Below, in pieces: positions 26,367 to 35,883 of a stretch of DNA of 64,000 nt. The notes below the pieces were generated by a model. The model was not told where the DNA came from. It saw only the letters and a list, made by a program, of their open reading frames with translations, and searched no databases. This DNA is from Syntrophorhabdales bacterium (lineage in GTDB: Bacteria > Desulfobacterota > Syntrophorhabdia > Syntrophorhabdales > WCHB1-27): contig JBEKHB010000012.1 of assembly GCA_050012495.1 (NCBI GenBank), positions 5,874 through 69,873 of the forward strand, read 5' to 3'. The first letter of the stretch is position 1; each line of letters opens with the position of its first letter. The position numbers were made by a program, and so were the translations under genes.

Positions 26367-28340
26367 ATGTCTGACGAACAAGTATTTGGCAGGGATCATT
26401 TCCCGCACATTTTTAAACCGGGGAAGATCGGTGGGTTTACGATCCCCAATCGGGTAAAACACGCAGCCTGTTCAATCTCCAATTATAACTCGGTCCAGGG
26501 CTTCATCACGGATCGCGAATTCTATCGGGACCAGATGATAGGGAGAACAGGATCGGGTATTATCACGAACCAGGGAGCATATCCTGATCCGAAAGGTGAG
26601 GGGAAGGGATATTGGAGACAACTCGCTTTGTACGATGAACGTTTTGTTCCTGGACTTACGCGAGTTTGTCAGTCCTATCGGAAGGACGCTCTGAACTCTT
26701 TAGTCCTTTTCCAGATCACCCACTGTGGCCGTTATGGTGGACTGGATTGCGGATATACGATGCAGCCGTCGGTAGTACCGCAAAAATTGCCGCACTTTGG
26801 GGCTCCACCCAGAGAAATGACCATGGATGATATCAAGCGAACAATTGCAGACCATACCAATTGCGCTCGGTTGGCTGTTCAGGCGGGATTCGATGGGGTA
26901 GAGCTTACCTGCTTCCAGGGATACCTCCTTGCGAATTTTAATTCCCGTTTTACCAACAGACGAACAGATGAATACGGGGGGTCACTTGAAAAACGGGCCC
27001 GGTTCATGGTGGAGATGATACAGCAAGTCCGGAAAACAATCGGACCGCATCTGGTGATAGGTATTCGTCTGAGCGGCTCGGAACTTCTGGGGGACCAGGG
27101 GAACACCGATGAAGAATGTATTGAACTGGGAAAGATCGCTGAAGATGCCGGCATTGATTACATTAGCATAGTCATCGGCTGGCATGAATCTGAGGAAGGA
27201 GCCTTGGGCCGTCACCACAATTCGGATAGATGGCTATATATGTGCGAGAACTGGAAAAAGGCAGTGAAAGTTCCGCTGACCTTTGGCCCGTGCTTACAGG
27301 ACCCCTATGTGGCAGACCAGGCTATACGCGACGGTGTGATGGATTACTGGGAAATATGCCGTCCTTTTCTGGCCGACCCCCAGCGAGTGCATCAAATTGG
27401 AAAAAACGACATTGCTGGTATACGACCCTGCATTGGAGATCTCATGTGTTTAGCAAAAGGGCTCGTGCAACAGCCATACATATGCACGCTTAACCCGATC
27501 TTAGGTCATGAGGGTGAAGAAGAGTATCAAACCCGTCCGGCAGTGAGGAAGAAAACGGTCATGGTGATCGGTGCCGGACCCGCAGGGATCCAAGCGGCAC
27601 TGGCAGCAGCCAAGAAAGGCCATTACGTGTCCATGTACGATCAAAGGAGCCGCATAGGCGGTCAACTGCTCTCAGCCTTAAAAGATCAGAGGGGTGGCTG
27701 GACCTATGAGGAGTTAGTTCAATATTATGAAGAACAACTCAGACGCCAGGAAATCGACGTTCACCTCGGAGTCACGGTAGACGAAAAACTGGTTAAAAAC
27801 GTAGTGCACCCGGAAGTCGTAGTTCTTTGCTCAGGTTCCAAGATAGAACTTCCTTCAATCCCCGGGATTGACCGTAAGGACGTATATACGACATTTGACG
27901 TTATGGAGGGTAATCCTCCAACCGGCGACAGGGTGTCAGTGATTCACGGAGGGAAGGTAGGCATCGTCACCGCTCTTTACCTTTCTACCCTGGGGAAGAA
28001 CGTCACTCTAATCCACGAGGGTGAAAGACCGGTTGAAAAGGTTCCTGCGACCTGGAGATGGCGCTACGGCCAGTGGTTAAAACAACATGGAATACGTATC
28101 ATTAATAAAAGTAAGCCGATCAGCATTGATGATAAAGGGATTACGATTGTAGCCAATGACGGTAAGCAAGAGTTAATCGAGTGCGATTCGACAGTTTTTG
28201 CCCGGAGAGTGGCCAACCAGGATTTGTTGGACTTTTTGGACTGGGGCTGCGACGTACTCTTTATTGCCGGCGACGCGATCCGGCCCCGGTATCTCCATGT
28301 AGCGATTCACGAGGGATTTAGAACCGGGAACAGAGTCTAG
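26367..28340 (+). CDS. Old-yellow-enzyme-family FMN oxidoreductase with a C-terminal FAD/NAD(P)-binding domain (2,4-dienoyl-CoA reductase / aryl-CoA reductase type)
   Basis: N-terminal OYE TIM barrel (PNRVKHAA, LFQITHCGR, GFDGVELT). The central Cys region is RPCIGDLMCLAKG...YICTLNP. The dinucleotide fold is VMVIGAGPAGIQAAL. Confidence 0.85.
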   Translation: MSDEQVFGRDHFPHIFKPGKIGGFTIPNRVKHAACSISNYNSVQGFITDREFYRDQMIGRTGSGIITNQGAYPDPKGEGKGYWRQLALYDERFVPGLTRVCQSYRKDALNSLVLFQITHCGRYGGLDCGYTMQPSVVPQKLPHFGAPPREMTMDDIKRTIADHTNCARLAVQAGFDGVELTCFQGYLLANFNSRFTNRRTDEYGGSLEKRARFMVEMIQQVRKTIGPHLVIGIRLSGSELLGDQGNTDEECIELGKIAEDAGIDYISIVIGWHESEEGALGRHHNSDRWLYMCENWKKAVKVPLTFGPCLQDPYVADQAIRDGVMDYWEICRPFLADPQRVHQIGKNDIAGIRPCIGDLMCLAKGLVQQPYICTLNPILGHEGEEEYQTRPAVRKKTVMVIGAGPAGIQAALAAAKKGHYVSMYDQRSRIGGQLLSALKDQRGGWTYEELVQYYEEQLRRQEIDVHLGVTVDEKLVKNVVHPEVVVLCSGSKIELPSIPGIDRKDVYTTFDVMEGNPPTGDRVSVIHGGKVGIVTALYLSTLGKNVTLIHEGERPVEKVPATWRWRYGQWLKQHGIRIINKSKPISIDDKGITIVANDGKQELIECDSTVFARRVANQDLLDFLDWGCDVLFIAGDAIRPRYLHVAIHEGFRTGNRV

Positions 28341-28442
28341 GGGCTTGGTCTTGGAAGGTGTGCATTGTGAAATTGTTTACAACGCTCGGCAATTTAACGG
28401 CGGCATCAAGAGAAAAAGCTGACTGCTTGGGGAGGGAGAGAA

Positions 28443-30101
28443 ATGAGGTCAGATGGATTTCGGCCTTATCAGAAAGAACTCGCAAAAATATATAATTCTA
28501 AGAGATGGTGGTTGGGTTTGACCTTTGGTGATATCCTGGACCGTGCTGCAGACTGCTATCCCGAGAAGATAGGCATAGTGACGGAAGAGGTCAGGTTATC
28601 ATACGCCGACTTTAGGAACGAAGTGAACAGGGTAGCTATCGCCTTTAGCAAGCTGGGTTTGGGGAAGGGCGACCGTGTAATCATTCAATTGCCTAATTGG
28701 ATTGAATTTTTATTGGTATTTTTCGGACTGCAGAAGATAGGCGCCATCGGGGTTTTCGCCTTGCCGAGGCATTCCCAGGCAGAAATCGAATATCTTGCCG
28801 AGCTGACCCAAGCGAAGGCCTGGGTGGTTCCGATAAGTTACAGAAAAACGGACTTTAGACCCCTGATCAGGTCTGTGCAATCGAAAAGGTTCAATCTGGA
28901 ATATATAATTACGCCCAGAGACACGATCGAGGGAACGATTCTATTTGATGAGATGAAGGATTCAGCGAGTCTGCCCCCCGATCCTCAGGGATATCTGGAA
29001 TCGTTGAGACCGGATCCTATGGACATGGCCAATATTCTGCTGACCGGTGGAACTACGGGATTGCCCAAAGGGGTACCGAGGGATCACAACAGTCACATTC
29101 TTAATGGGCATGGATGGGTTTGGTGCTGGGAGTTGGGCAACCAGGATACGGGGCTGATTGCTATGCCGTTGGGTCATAACGCACCTCATATTACGGTTGT
29201 CTATCCGATGATGCTTACCGGTGGGAAAATAGTGGTGGTTACCGGAACGGGTCCAAAAGAGATTCTGGAGACCGTGGAAAAAGAGCGGATTACATATATT
29301 ACCCCCGTCCCTGCGCAGATGGAAGCGATACTGAGTTTTCCTGATTTCTCGAAGTACGATTTGAGTTCTTTGAGATTGATTACATTAGGCGGGGCCCACT
29401 CTTCACCCGAATTGATCAAACGATTGAACGACAAATTCGGTGCCATTCAACTGGCCAATGTCTTCGGTATGGCAGAAGGGCCATGCACAAGTACCAGGAA
29501 GTATGATTCCGGAGAACTCGTCGGTCGCACAGTCGGACTGCCCGCGTGCCCTTATGACGACTTTAAGGTTGTGGATGACCGGGAAGAAGAGGTCCAGGTA
29601 GGGGTTGAAGGGGAACTCGTTGCCAAGGGACCCGGGGTTTTCACCGGGTATTACAAAACGAAGAATAAGGATTTATCCGAGACCTTCACAAGGAACGGAT
29701 ATCTGAAGACCGGTGACTTAGCTAAAAAGGTTAATGAGCAGGGACACATTCAAATCACCGGCAGAAAAAAGGACGTCATCATTCGGGGGGGAGAGAACAT
29801 TAGCTCGGTTCAGGTGGAGGAGTGGGTTGCTGGTCATCCTCACGTGGAAACTGTTGCTGTTGTTGGAATGCCGGACCCGATCCTTGGAGAGCGGATTTGC
29901 GCTTACATTAAGCTGAAGAAGGGGGGATCCCTTCAGATAGGTGAGTTGACAGCTTTTCTTAAGGGGAAAGGTGCATCCGTTTTTCTTCTCCCGGAGAGGA
30001 TAGAGATTATCGACGAGCTGCCTCTCACCAACATCGGTAAGGTAGACAAAAAAGCCCTGCGAGTGGACATCGCTGCAAAGTTAAAAGCGGAAACCTCATA
30101 A
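28443..30101 (+). CDS. Aryl-acid adenylating enzyme / CoA ligase (EntE/DhbE-like AMP-binding family)
   Basis: The N-terminus YNSKRWWLGLTFGDILDRAA and QLPNWIEFLLVFFGLQKIGA resembles 2,3-dihydroxybenzoate-AMP ligases. LTGGTTGLPKGV (AMP motif), YKTGD and GKVDKK are also present. Confidence 0.85.
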   Translation: MRSDGFRPYQKELAKIYNSKRWWLGLTFGDILDRAADCYPEKIGIVTEEVRLSYADFRNEVNRVAIAFSKLGLGKGDRVIIQLPNWIEFLLVFFGLQKIGAIGVFALPRHSQAEIEYLAELTQAKAWVVPISYRKTDFRPLIRSVQSKRFNLEYIITPRDTIEGTILFDEMKDSASLPPDPQGYLESLRPDPMDMANILLTGGTTGLPKGVPRDHNSHILNGHGWVWCWELGNQDTGLIAMPLGHNAPHITVVYPMMLTGGKIVVVTGTGPKEILETVEKERITYITPVPAQMEAILSFPDFSKYDLSSLRLITLGGAHSSPELIKRLNDKFGAIQLANVFGMAEGPCTSTRKYDSGELVGRTVGLPACPYDDFKVVDDREEEVQVGVEGELVAKGPGVFTGYYKTKNKDLSETFTRNGYLKTGDLAKKVNEQGHIQITGRKKDVIIRGGENISSVQVEEWVAGHPHVETVAVVGMPDPILGERICAYIKLKKGGSLQIGELTAFLKGKGASVFLLPERIEIIDELPLTNIGKVDKKALRVDIAAKLKAETS

Positions 30102-30225
30102 TGCAAGAGTTAAGCTCGAGTTTAAGGTCAAGATGGAGAGCAGAACTTTACCGAATACTGTGACGGGAAAATTCTCTGAATGAGAGGTTTAGTATCTAAA
30201 TATAGAAAATAACAAGGGGGGTAGC

Positions 30226-31911
30226 ATGGAAAGCGTAAAATTGTGGGATATCGCGCCTGGATACGATCTGATTGAAGAAGTTGATGTGCCTGAGATGCAT
30301 TCTTGGTTCTTGGACGTGACACACTCTATACCGCCTCAGACCCCGCTGTTCGCGTGGTTCTGGACGAGGTACTGCAGTCATGGGCTACAGTATGCTTCCG
30401 ATTACTTCAGCTTCCCGACATGTAAGGGCTCGGAGATGAGGAACAAAAACGGTTATTCTTATAACGCCTTCCACATCGTCAGAGATGAAGAAGAGGTTAA
30501 AAGGAGGGAGGTAAAATTCAGGGAAGCGATGATCCCATGGATTCAGAACTTCGATGGGCTGTGGGACGGCTACAAAAGGAAATTACTGGACCTGTATGAG
30601 AAACTGAAAGCGCTGGATGTTGATAAGGCGTCCAATGCCGAATTATACCAGCATAGCTGCGACCTCATTGATGCTTACAGAACAGTGTTTGAAATCCACT
30701 TCCTGGGAATGCAAAGCTCTTTCAATGGATGGGTGATGTTTGAGAATTTATGCAAAGAGCGTTTTGGGATAACCGACCAGGACCCACATTTTCAAAACCT
30801 CTTCGTAGGCTTCGACAGCAAGGTGTATCAGGTTGACAAGCAACTATCCGAACTTGGCCAGGTTGCTGCTGAGATGGGTTTGGCAAATGTTTTCAAGGAG
30901 AATGAAGCCAAGGCTATCATACCGAAGCTTGAGCAAATGACAAAGGGGCAGGAATGGCTTAAGAAGTTTAACGAGTTCTTGCGGGTAGAAGGTTGGAGAA
31001 TGGTTCGGATGATTGACATAACGGAGCCCTACTGGCTGGAGGATCCCAGCATCCCTATAAATATCGTGAAGCAATTTATGGACGCCGGCTACCACCTGGA
31101 GAAAATTAGAAAGGAGTTGGTGAGAAAAAGAGAGGAAGCAGTGGGAGCAATCCTCGAAAAGGTACGTCCTGATGAAAAGGAAAGGGTCAGGCTGCTGATA
31201 AGGCTGGGCCAGAAAGCCGGCATTTATAGCGAGGAACATGATCTTTATTGCGAATTGTATCTTCACGCCTTACTTCGTCGCGGGTATCTGGCAATAGGAA
31301 GAAGACTCGCCCAGAATGGGAGCATCGATCAGGAGAAAGACGTCCTCTTTCTGAATCCCGACGAAATTGGCAGAGCTCTGGTCGTCCCGGAACATCATGA
31401 CTTGCGGTTCATCACAAAAAGACGCCGTGCCGAATGGGAAGAAGCGAAAACGATGACCCCACCCCCGATTTATACCGACCGGGGGAGCTTTGAAGAAGCA
31501 GTTGGCATGGATTTAATGCCAACAAGGGACGCTATACTGATAAAACTCATCATAGGTGAACTGCCAACGGTCAAGCCGGAACTGAAGGCTGATCTTTATG
31601 GACTATGCGCTTCACAAGGTATTGCTGAGGGGCCGGCCAGGGTTGTAATGGATTATGGGCAATTGGGTGCAGTCGAGACAGGTGACATTCTGGTCTGCCC
31701 CACCACAAACCCCGCCTGGATTCCGGTTTTCAGCAAGATCAAGGGCATTATTACTGACGGAGGGGGGGTGCTTTCCCACGCAGCTATTGTTGCTCGCGAA
31801 TATGGACTGCCTGCCGTGGTAAATACTCGCGAGGCCACGATGCTAATCAAAACGGGTCAAAAAATTAAGGTCGACGGGAACTCAGGAGCAGTGTTCATCT
31901 TACACGAATAG
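30226..31911 (+). CDS. PEP-utilising-enzyme mobile (swivel His) domain protein, phenylphosphate synthase alpha (PpsA)-like
   Basis: The C-terminus is GIAEGPARVV...GDILVCPTTNPAWIPVFSKIKGIITDGGGVLSHAAIVAREYGLPAVV, containing the phospho-His motif. The N-terminal 400 aa lack an ATP-grasp fold and begin HSWFLDVTHSIPPQTPL. Confidence 0.8.
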   Translation: MESVKLWDIAPGYDLIEEVDVPEMHSWFLDVTHSIPPQTPLFAWFWTRYCSHGLQYASDYFSFPTCKGSEMRNKNGYSYNAFHIVRDEEEVKRREVKFREAMIPWIQNFDGLWDGYKRKLLDLYEKLKALDVDKASNAELYQHSCDLIDAYRTVFEIHFLGMQSSFNGWVMFENLCKERFGITDQDPHFQNLFVGFDSKVYQVDKQLSELGQVAAEMGLANVFKENEAKAIIPKLEQMTKGQEWLKKFNEFLRVEGWRMVRMIDITEPYWLEDPSIPINIVKQFMDAGYHLEKIRKELVRKREEAVGAILEKVRPDEKERVRLLIRLGQKAGIYSEEHDLYCELYLHALLRRGYLAIGRRLAQNGSIDQEKDVLFLNPDEIGRALVVPEHHDLRFITKRRRAEWEEAKTMTPPPIYTDRGSFEEAVGMDLMPTRDAILIKLIIGELPTVKPELKADLYGLCASQGIAEGPARVVMDYGQLGAVETGDILVCPTTNPAWIPVFSKIKGIITDGGGVLSHAAIVAREYGLPAVVNTREATMLIKTGQKIKVDGNSGAVFILHE

Positions 31912-31937
31912 GACCAACATTAGCGGAGGAAAACGCG

Positions 31938-33179
31938 ATGGGCAGGAAGGCCGTGGTTCTCATTGGAACGCTCGATAGCAAAGTGGAAGTGATCAGTTTT
32001 ATGAAGGAACAGATTGAGCAGAGAGGCTGCGAGGCCGTCTTATTGGATGTCAGTCCGTTACTGTATCCTTCAAGGCCAAGACCTGAACCCGTAATGAACG
32101 CGGATATTGCCCCTGAAGAGATTTGCCGGATTATGGGAGAGAATGTTGAAGAGATCAGGTCAACGAAAGACCGGGATCGCGTGAGTAAGGTCATGGGAGA
32201 GGGGGCATTACAGAAACTAACCCAACTGTATTCTTCCGGAAGACTGAACGGTGCTGTATCGATAGGCGGGTTAACAACTTCCCTCTTTGCCGCCAATCTC
32301 TTGAAAAAACTGCCCTTCGGTGTGTCAAAATTGGTTGTCTGTTCGGGGGTACGCTCGGACATAATGAGGTGGTTTGGTGTCGCCGATATCGCCATCATGC
32401 AAGTTCTTGTCGACATGGAAAGACCCAACGAATTAGTGAAAAATGCGCTTGTTCGAGCAGCCGGCGCCATATGCGGCATGGTGGAGAAGGCTACGGTTCC
32501 TTTTGCGCCACCAACTGAGAAGAGCATTGCCCTCACGGAATATGGTTTCTGTGATAACTGCGCTGTCCTTGTAAGCAAGCGCTTACAGGACAGGGGCTTC
32601 AGTGTGTACCCCTTTCATTCCATGGGAGTCGGTGACGCAGCGATGGAGAATCTGATAGCCCAAGGTCACTTCAGCGGCGTAATAGACATCGTGACGGGCG
32701 GACTCATAGAGGAGATTTTTGAGGGCACCAGGGCAGCCGGTCTGAAAAGGCTCGAGGCAGCGGGGGAAAGAGGTTTGCCCCAGGTTCTTGCTCCCTCGGG
32801 TATCAATCTCACTAACGCCGGACCGGATAGAAAACACCGTGAGAGATTCAGTTCTCGTGAGAGGAAAGTAAAATTAGACGAGTACCGGATAATCACCAGG
32901 TACAACGCAGAGGAATTGACCGCGGCAGCTAAAGTGTACGCTGACAAGTTAAATAAAGCCAGGGGCCCTGTAACATTTTTAATTCCTCTTCGTGGGTGGT
33001 CCTCGGCCGATAGAGAAGGGTCTCCACTTTATGCCCCGGAGGAAGACCGGGTATTTATTGAAGAGCTGAAGAAGGAAGTCAAACCAGAAATTGAGATCCG
33101 GGAGCTGAACTGTAATCTCGACGATACGGAATTCGCTGAAGCTCTTGTGGAAAGCTTTATCCAGATACAGGGGACATAA
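31938..33179 (+). CDS. UPF0261 / Tm-1-like ATP-binding family protein
   Basis: The N-terminus KAVVLIGTLDSKVEVISFMKEQIEQRGCEAVLLDVS and the 413-aa two-domain length are typical of UPF0261. Confidence 0.7.
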   Translation: MGRKAVVLIGTLDSKVEVISFMKEQIEQRGCEAVLLDVSPLLYPSRPRPEPVMNADIAPEEICRIMGENVEEIRSTKDRDRVSKVMGEGALQKLTQLYSSGRLNGAVSIGGLTTSLFAANLLKKLPFGVSKLVVCSGVRSDIMRWFGVADIAIMQVLVDMERPNELVKNALVRAAGAICGMVEKATVPFAPPTEKSIALTEYGFCDNCAVLVSKRLQDRGFSVYPFHSMGVGDAAMENLIAQGHFSGVIDIVTGGLIEEIFEGTRAAGLKRLEAAGERGLPQVLAPSGINLTNAGPDRKHRERFSSRERKVKLDEYRIITRYNAEELTAAAKVYADKLNKARGPVTFLIPLRGWSSADREGSPLYAPEEDRVFIEELKKEVKPEIEIRELNCNLDDTEFAEALVESFIQIQGT

Positions 33180-33378
33180 GGCTTTTAGCACTGAGGTTGA
33201 CGCCGTGGTCTTCGCGGGCACAATCCCCCTGGAACTGTGTGCACGTGATGTCACGGCGGAATATGGCGACAAGGAGGTGATCAAAGTAGATAGAAGGAAT
33301 ACCGACGAATTTAAGCTGTGGGTTTACGGCAATGAGCTGCTATCCGGCAGCGATGAAACGGACCAAGGAGGATGCGAT

Positions 33379-34380
33379 ATGTTGAAGATCGACGCTTTTA
33401 CCCATATTATACCAATTAAGTACAATAAGCTTCTCTATAAAATAGCGGGAGGCGATTTTTTCGCAAAAGCTGTTAATGAATCCATACCGACTCTCACGGA
33501 CCTGGATGCCAGATTTCGGATAATGGACAAGTACGATGTGATGCACGTAATCACCCTGGCCTTCCCAACCCCGGAGCAGGTTGCGGACCCGAAGGGTGCG
33601 GTGGAATTGGCAAAAGCAGCCAACGATGAGATGGCGGAACTGGTCTTCAGATACCCGGAGAGATTCCCGGCAGCCATAGCCACTCTGCCCATGAATGATA
33701 TGGACGCAGCTTTGAAAGAGACCGACAGGGCGATAAAGGAGTTAAGATTCAGGGGCGTGCAAATATGTACGAGCATTAACGGCAAGGCTTTGGATTCACC
33801 TGAATTTTGGCCTCTTTATGAAAAAATGTGTGAATACAATCTACCCATATTGCTTCATCCATACAGAGATCCATCCCAGGCGGATTATCCGGTAACGGAG
33901 AAGAGGTCAAAGTACAGACTGTCAGGACTGATCGGTTGGCCGTATGAGACCACAGCGGCTATGATTCGCCTGGTCTTCAGCGGTGTATTTGACAGGCATC
34001 CCAGCTTAAAGATTCAGGTACATCATTGTGGTGGTTATATCCCGGCTGTTATTAACCGGGTAGTAGGAGAATATCAATTCCGTGAGAGGCAGCGAAGATC
34101 AGAAGGTGATATGCCGTTTACTAAACCTCTCATCGACTATTTCAAGATGTTCTACTACGATACTGCGGTCTATGGGCACACCCCTTATCTGATGTGCTGC
34201 TACGAGCTTTGCGGGGCGGACCATATGGTATTTGCGACGGATCTGCCTTATGATAGCCAGTTTGGTGCGAGGTATACCAGGGAAACAATAGCGTCGATAG
34301 AGCGGATGAACATCAGTGATTTGGAGAAGAAGAAGATATTTGAAGACAATGTGAGAAAGCTCATGCGCTTACCCGTGTGA
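33379..34380 (+). CDS. Amidohydrolase_2 / ACMSD-family protein (family of the reversible hydroxybenzoate decarboxylases)
   Basis: AAGGAGG lies 7 nt before ATG 33379. Motifs are MLKIDAFTHIIP, LRFRGVQI, LLHPY, WPYETT, HHCGGYIP and VFATDLPYD. The track start at 33145 lies in the upstream gene. Confidence 0.85.
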   Translation: MLKIDAFTHIIPIKYNKLLYKIAGGDFFAKAVNESIPTLTDLDARFRIMDKYDVMHVITLAFPTPEQVADPKGAVELAKAANDEMAELVFRYPERFPAAIATLPMNDMDAALKETDRAIKELRFRGVQICTSINGKALDSPEFWPLYEKMCEYNLPILLHPYRDPSQADYPVTEKRSKYRLSGLIGWPYETTAAMIRLVFSGVFDRHPSLKIQVHHCGGYIPAVINRVVGEYQFRERQRRSEGDMPFTKPLIDYFKMFYYDTAVYGHTPYLMCCYELCGADHMVFATDLPYDSQFGARYTRETIASIERMNISDLEKKKIFEDNVRKLMRLPV

Positions 34381-34392
34381 TGCTGCCAAGGG

Positions 34393-34455
34393 CTGTACGG
34401 CTTCTCCACGACTGTCAATACCCTGTTTGCCGTCTGAATCGGAGAAGCCGTACAG
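34393..34455 (+). terminator. Perfect 15-bp inverted repeat (33-nt loop) directly after the amidohydrolase gene; intercistronic stem-loop or attenuating terminator
   Basis: CTGTACGGCTTCTCC (34393-34407) pairs with GGAGAAGCCGTACAG (34441-34455), followed by CTCTTGCTTTG. Confidence 0.45.
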
Positions 34456-34601
34456 GCTCTTGCTTTGCGGGTAAGGAACAGGGGCGCCTCTCTGTGATAC
34501 CCGCTGGTTCTCTACTACCAAAAATAGACCGTGGCAACGACGAAGTCAATAAAGCTTAATGAATATAGGCGGAAGGGCCTTACGTTAACCAGGAGAGTGC
34601 G

Positions 34602-35645
34602 ATGAAAGTAAAGGAAATCTACTGGCTCGACGAGTTGTCGAGAGAGCACAACGATATTGTGGGCAAGAAGTGCGCCAACCTGGGAGAGCTGATAAGGCAG
34701 GGGCTTCGGGTGCCCTACGGCTTCGCGCTCTCCGTTAAGGCCTACGAGCACTTCATGGAGTCTACCGGATTGAAGGAAAAAGTGCGTCAAATTGTTGAAG
34801 ACGCGGTGGACACGGGCCTTGACGTGGACCACGATGTGGGAAAAATGATGGAGACGAGCGCTGAAATAAGGGGGGCAATTGAGGGGTGCCCGATGCCCCC
34901 GGACCTTGCAGCCGAGATAGGTCGTTATTATTCGGGGCTGCAGGAAAAACTGGCGATCGGGCACGTGGCGTGTGCAGTGAGGTCAAGCGGGGCTGTAAGT
35001 ATGCCGGGCCAGATGGAGACCTATCTGAACGTCGCAGGTGAGAAAGCCATCATCGAACACGTGAAAAAAGTGTGGGGCAGCGCCTTTACTACAAGGGCCA
35101 TCGCTTTCAGAATCCAGCAGAATATGCCCGTTTTCTGGGCGCCGATCGGCGTGGCGGTAATCATGATGATTGAGGCTAGGTCTGCGGGCGTCATATTGAC
35201 CGTTCTGCCGAACATCGGCGACACAGACCGGGCCATTGTAGAGGGCAACTTCGGTCTCGGAGAGAGCGTCGTCAGCGGAGAATTTACACCTGATTCCTTC
35301 GTCGTCCACAAGCACGAGATGATCATTGAATCGAAAACGGTTGCCGAAAAGAGAAAGATGGTCGTCTATGATACCTGTGGCACACGCCTTTGCGACGTGT
35401 CGGAGGATCTTAAAGACCAACCCTGCCTCAACAACGATGAAATCCTTGAGATCGTGAGGGTCGCTAAGGATGTTGAGAAGTATTTTGCCGCTCCTCAAGA
35501 CATGGAGTGGGTGGTCGACAGCCGGTTCGCCTTTCCGGAGAGCATTTTCTGGGTCCAGGCCAGGGGCGCAAAATATGCGAAAAAAGAGGCACATAGAAAC
35601 GAAGAATGTGTGATGGATATGATGCTGCAACTATTCCGAAAGTAA
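34602..35645 (+). CDS. PEP/pyruvate-binding (PPDK_N, ATP-grasp) domain protein, phenylphosphate synthase beta (PpsB)-like
   Basis: VGKKCANLGELIRQGLRVPYGFALS and VRSSGAVSMPGQMETYLNV are PEP synthase N-terminal domain motifs. At 347 aa it has no swivel or PEP domain. Confidence 0.85.
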   Translation: MKVKEIYWLDELSREHNDIVGKKCANLGELIRQGLRVPYGFALSVKAYEHFMESTGLKEKVRQIVEDAVDTGLDVDHDVGKMMETSAEIRGAIEGCPMPPDLAAEIGRYYSGLQEKLAIGHVACAVRSSGAVSMPGQMETYLNVAGEKAIIEHVKKVWGSAFTTRAIAFRIQQNMPVFWAPIGVAVIMMIEARSAGVILTVLPNIGDTDRAIVEGNFGLGESVVSGEFTPDSFVVHKHEMIIESKTVAEKRKMVVYDTCGTRLCDVSEDLKDQPCLNNDEILEIVRVAKDVEKYFAAPQDMEWVVDSRFAFPESIFWVQARGAKYAKKEAHRNEECVMDMMLQLFRK

Positions 35646-35706
35646 GGGACCTCTCACCACTGCAGGAAGCGAAAGGTCCGTAAGATCGCCAACAGGCGCG
35701 CGTCTC

Positions 35707-35754
35707 CACGATGTCTTTCCCAACATCGTGAAGGGGGCGGTTCTCGCCCCCTTC
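35707..35754. terminator. Two adjacent hairpins between convergent genes; bidirectional terminator candidate
   Basis: CACGATGT (35707-35714) pairs with ACATCGTG (35723-35730). GAAGGGGGCG (35730-35739) pairs with CGCCCCCTTC (35745-35754) around a 5-nt loop, followed by GTCGGTTTCC. Confidence 0.55.
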
Positions 35755-35883
35755 GTCGGTTTCCTTCCATACCGGATCAATGTCTCGATGTTCTGAATGG
35801 CTGATACAAGGTACTCCTGGATAGCCAACTGAAAAATCCTTTACCTCCATGGGTTCCCCTGACAACGACCCCAAAAGGTGATG

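Noticed and set aside
33180-33378. A possible N-terminal extension of the ACMSD-family gene, or a small ORF, in the 200-nt gap after the UPF0261 gene
   Set aside because: The frame is open, but the only strong RBS (AAGGAGG) precedes ATG 33379, and family members start at the MxxID strand. The upstream part has no recognisable motif.
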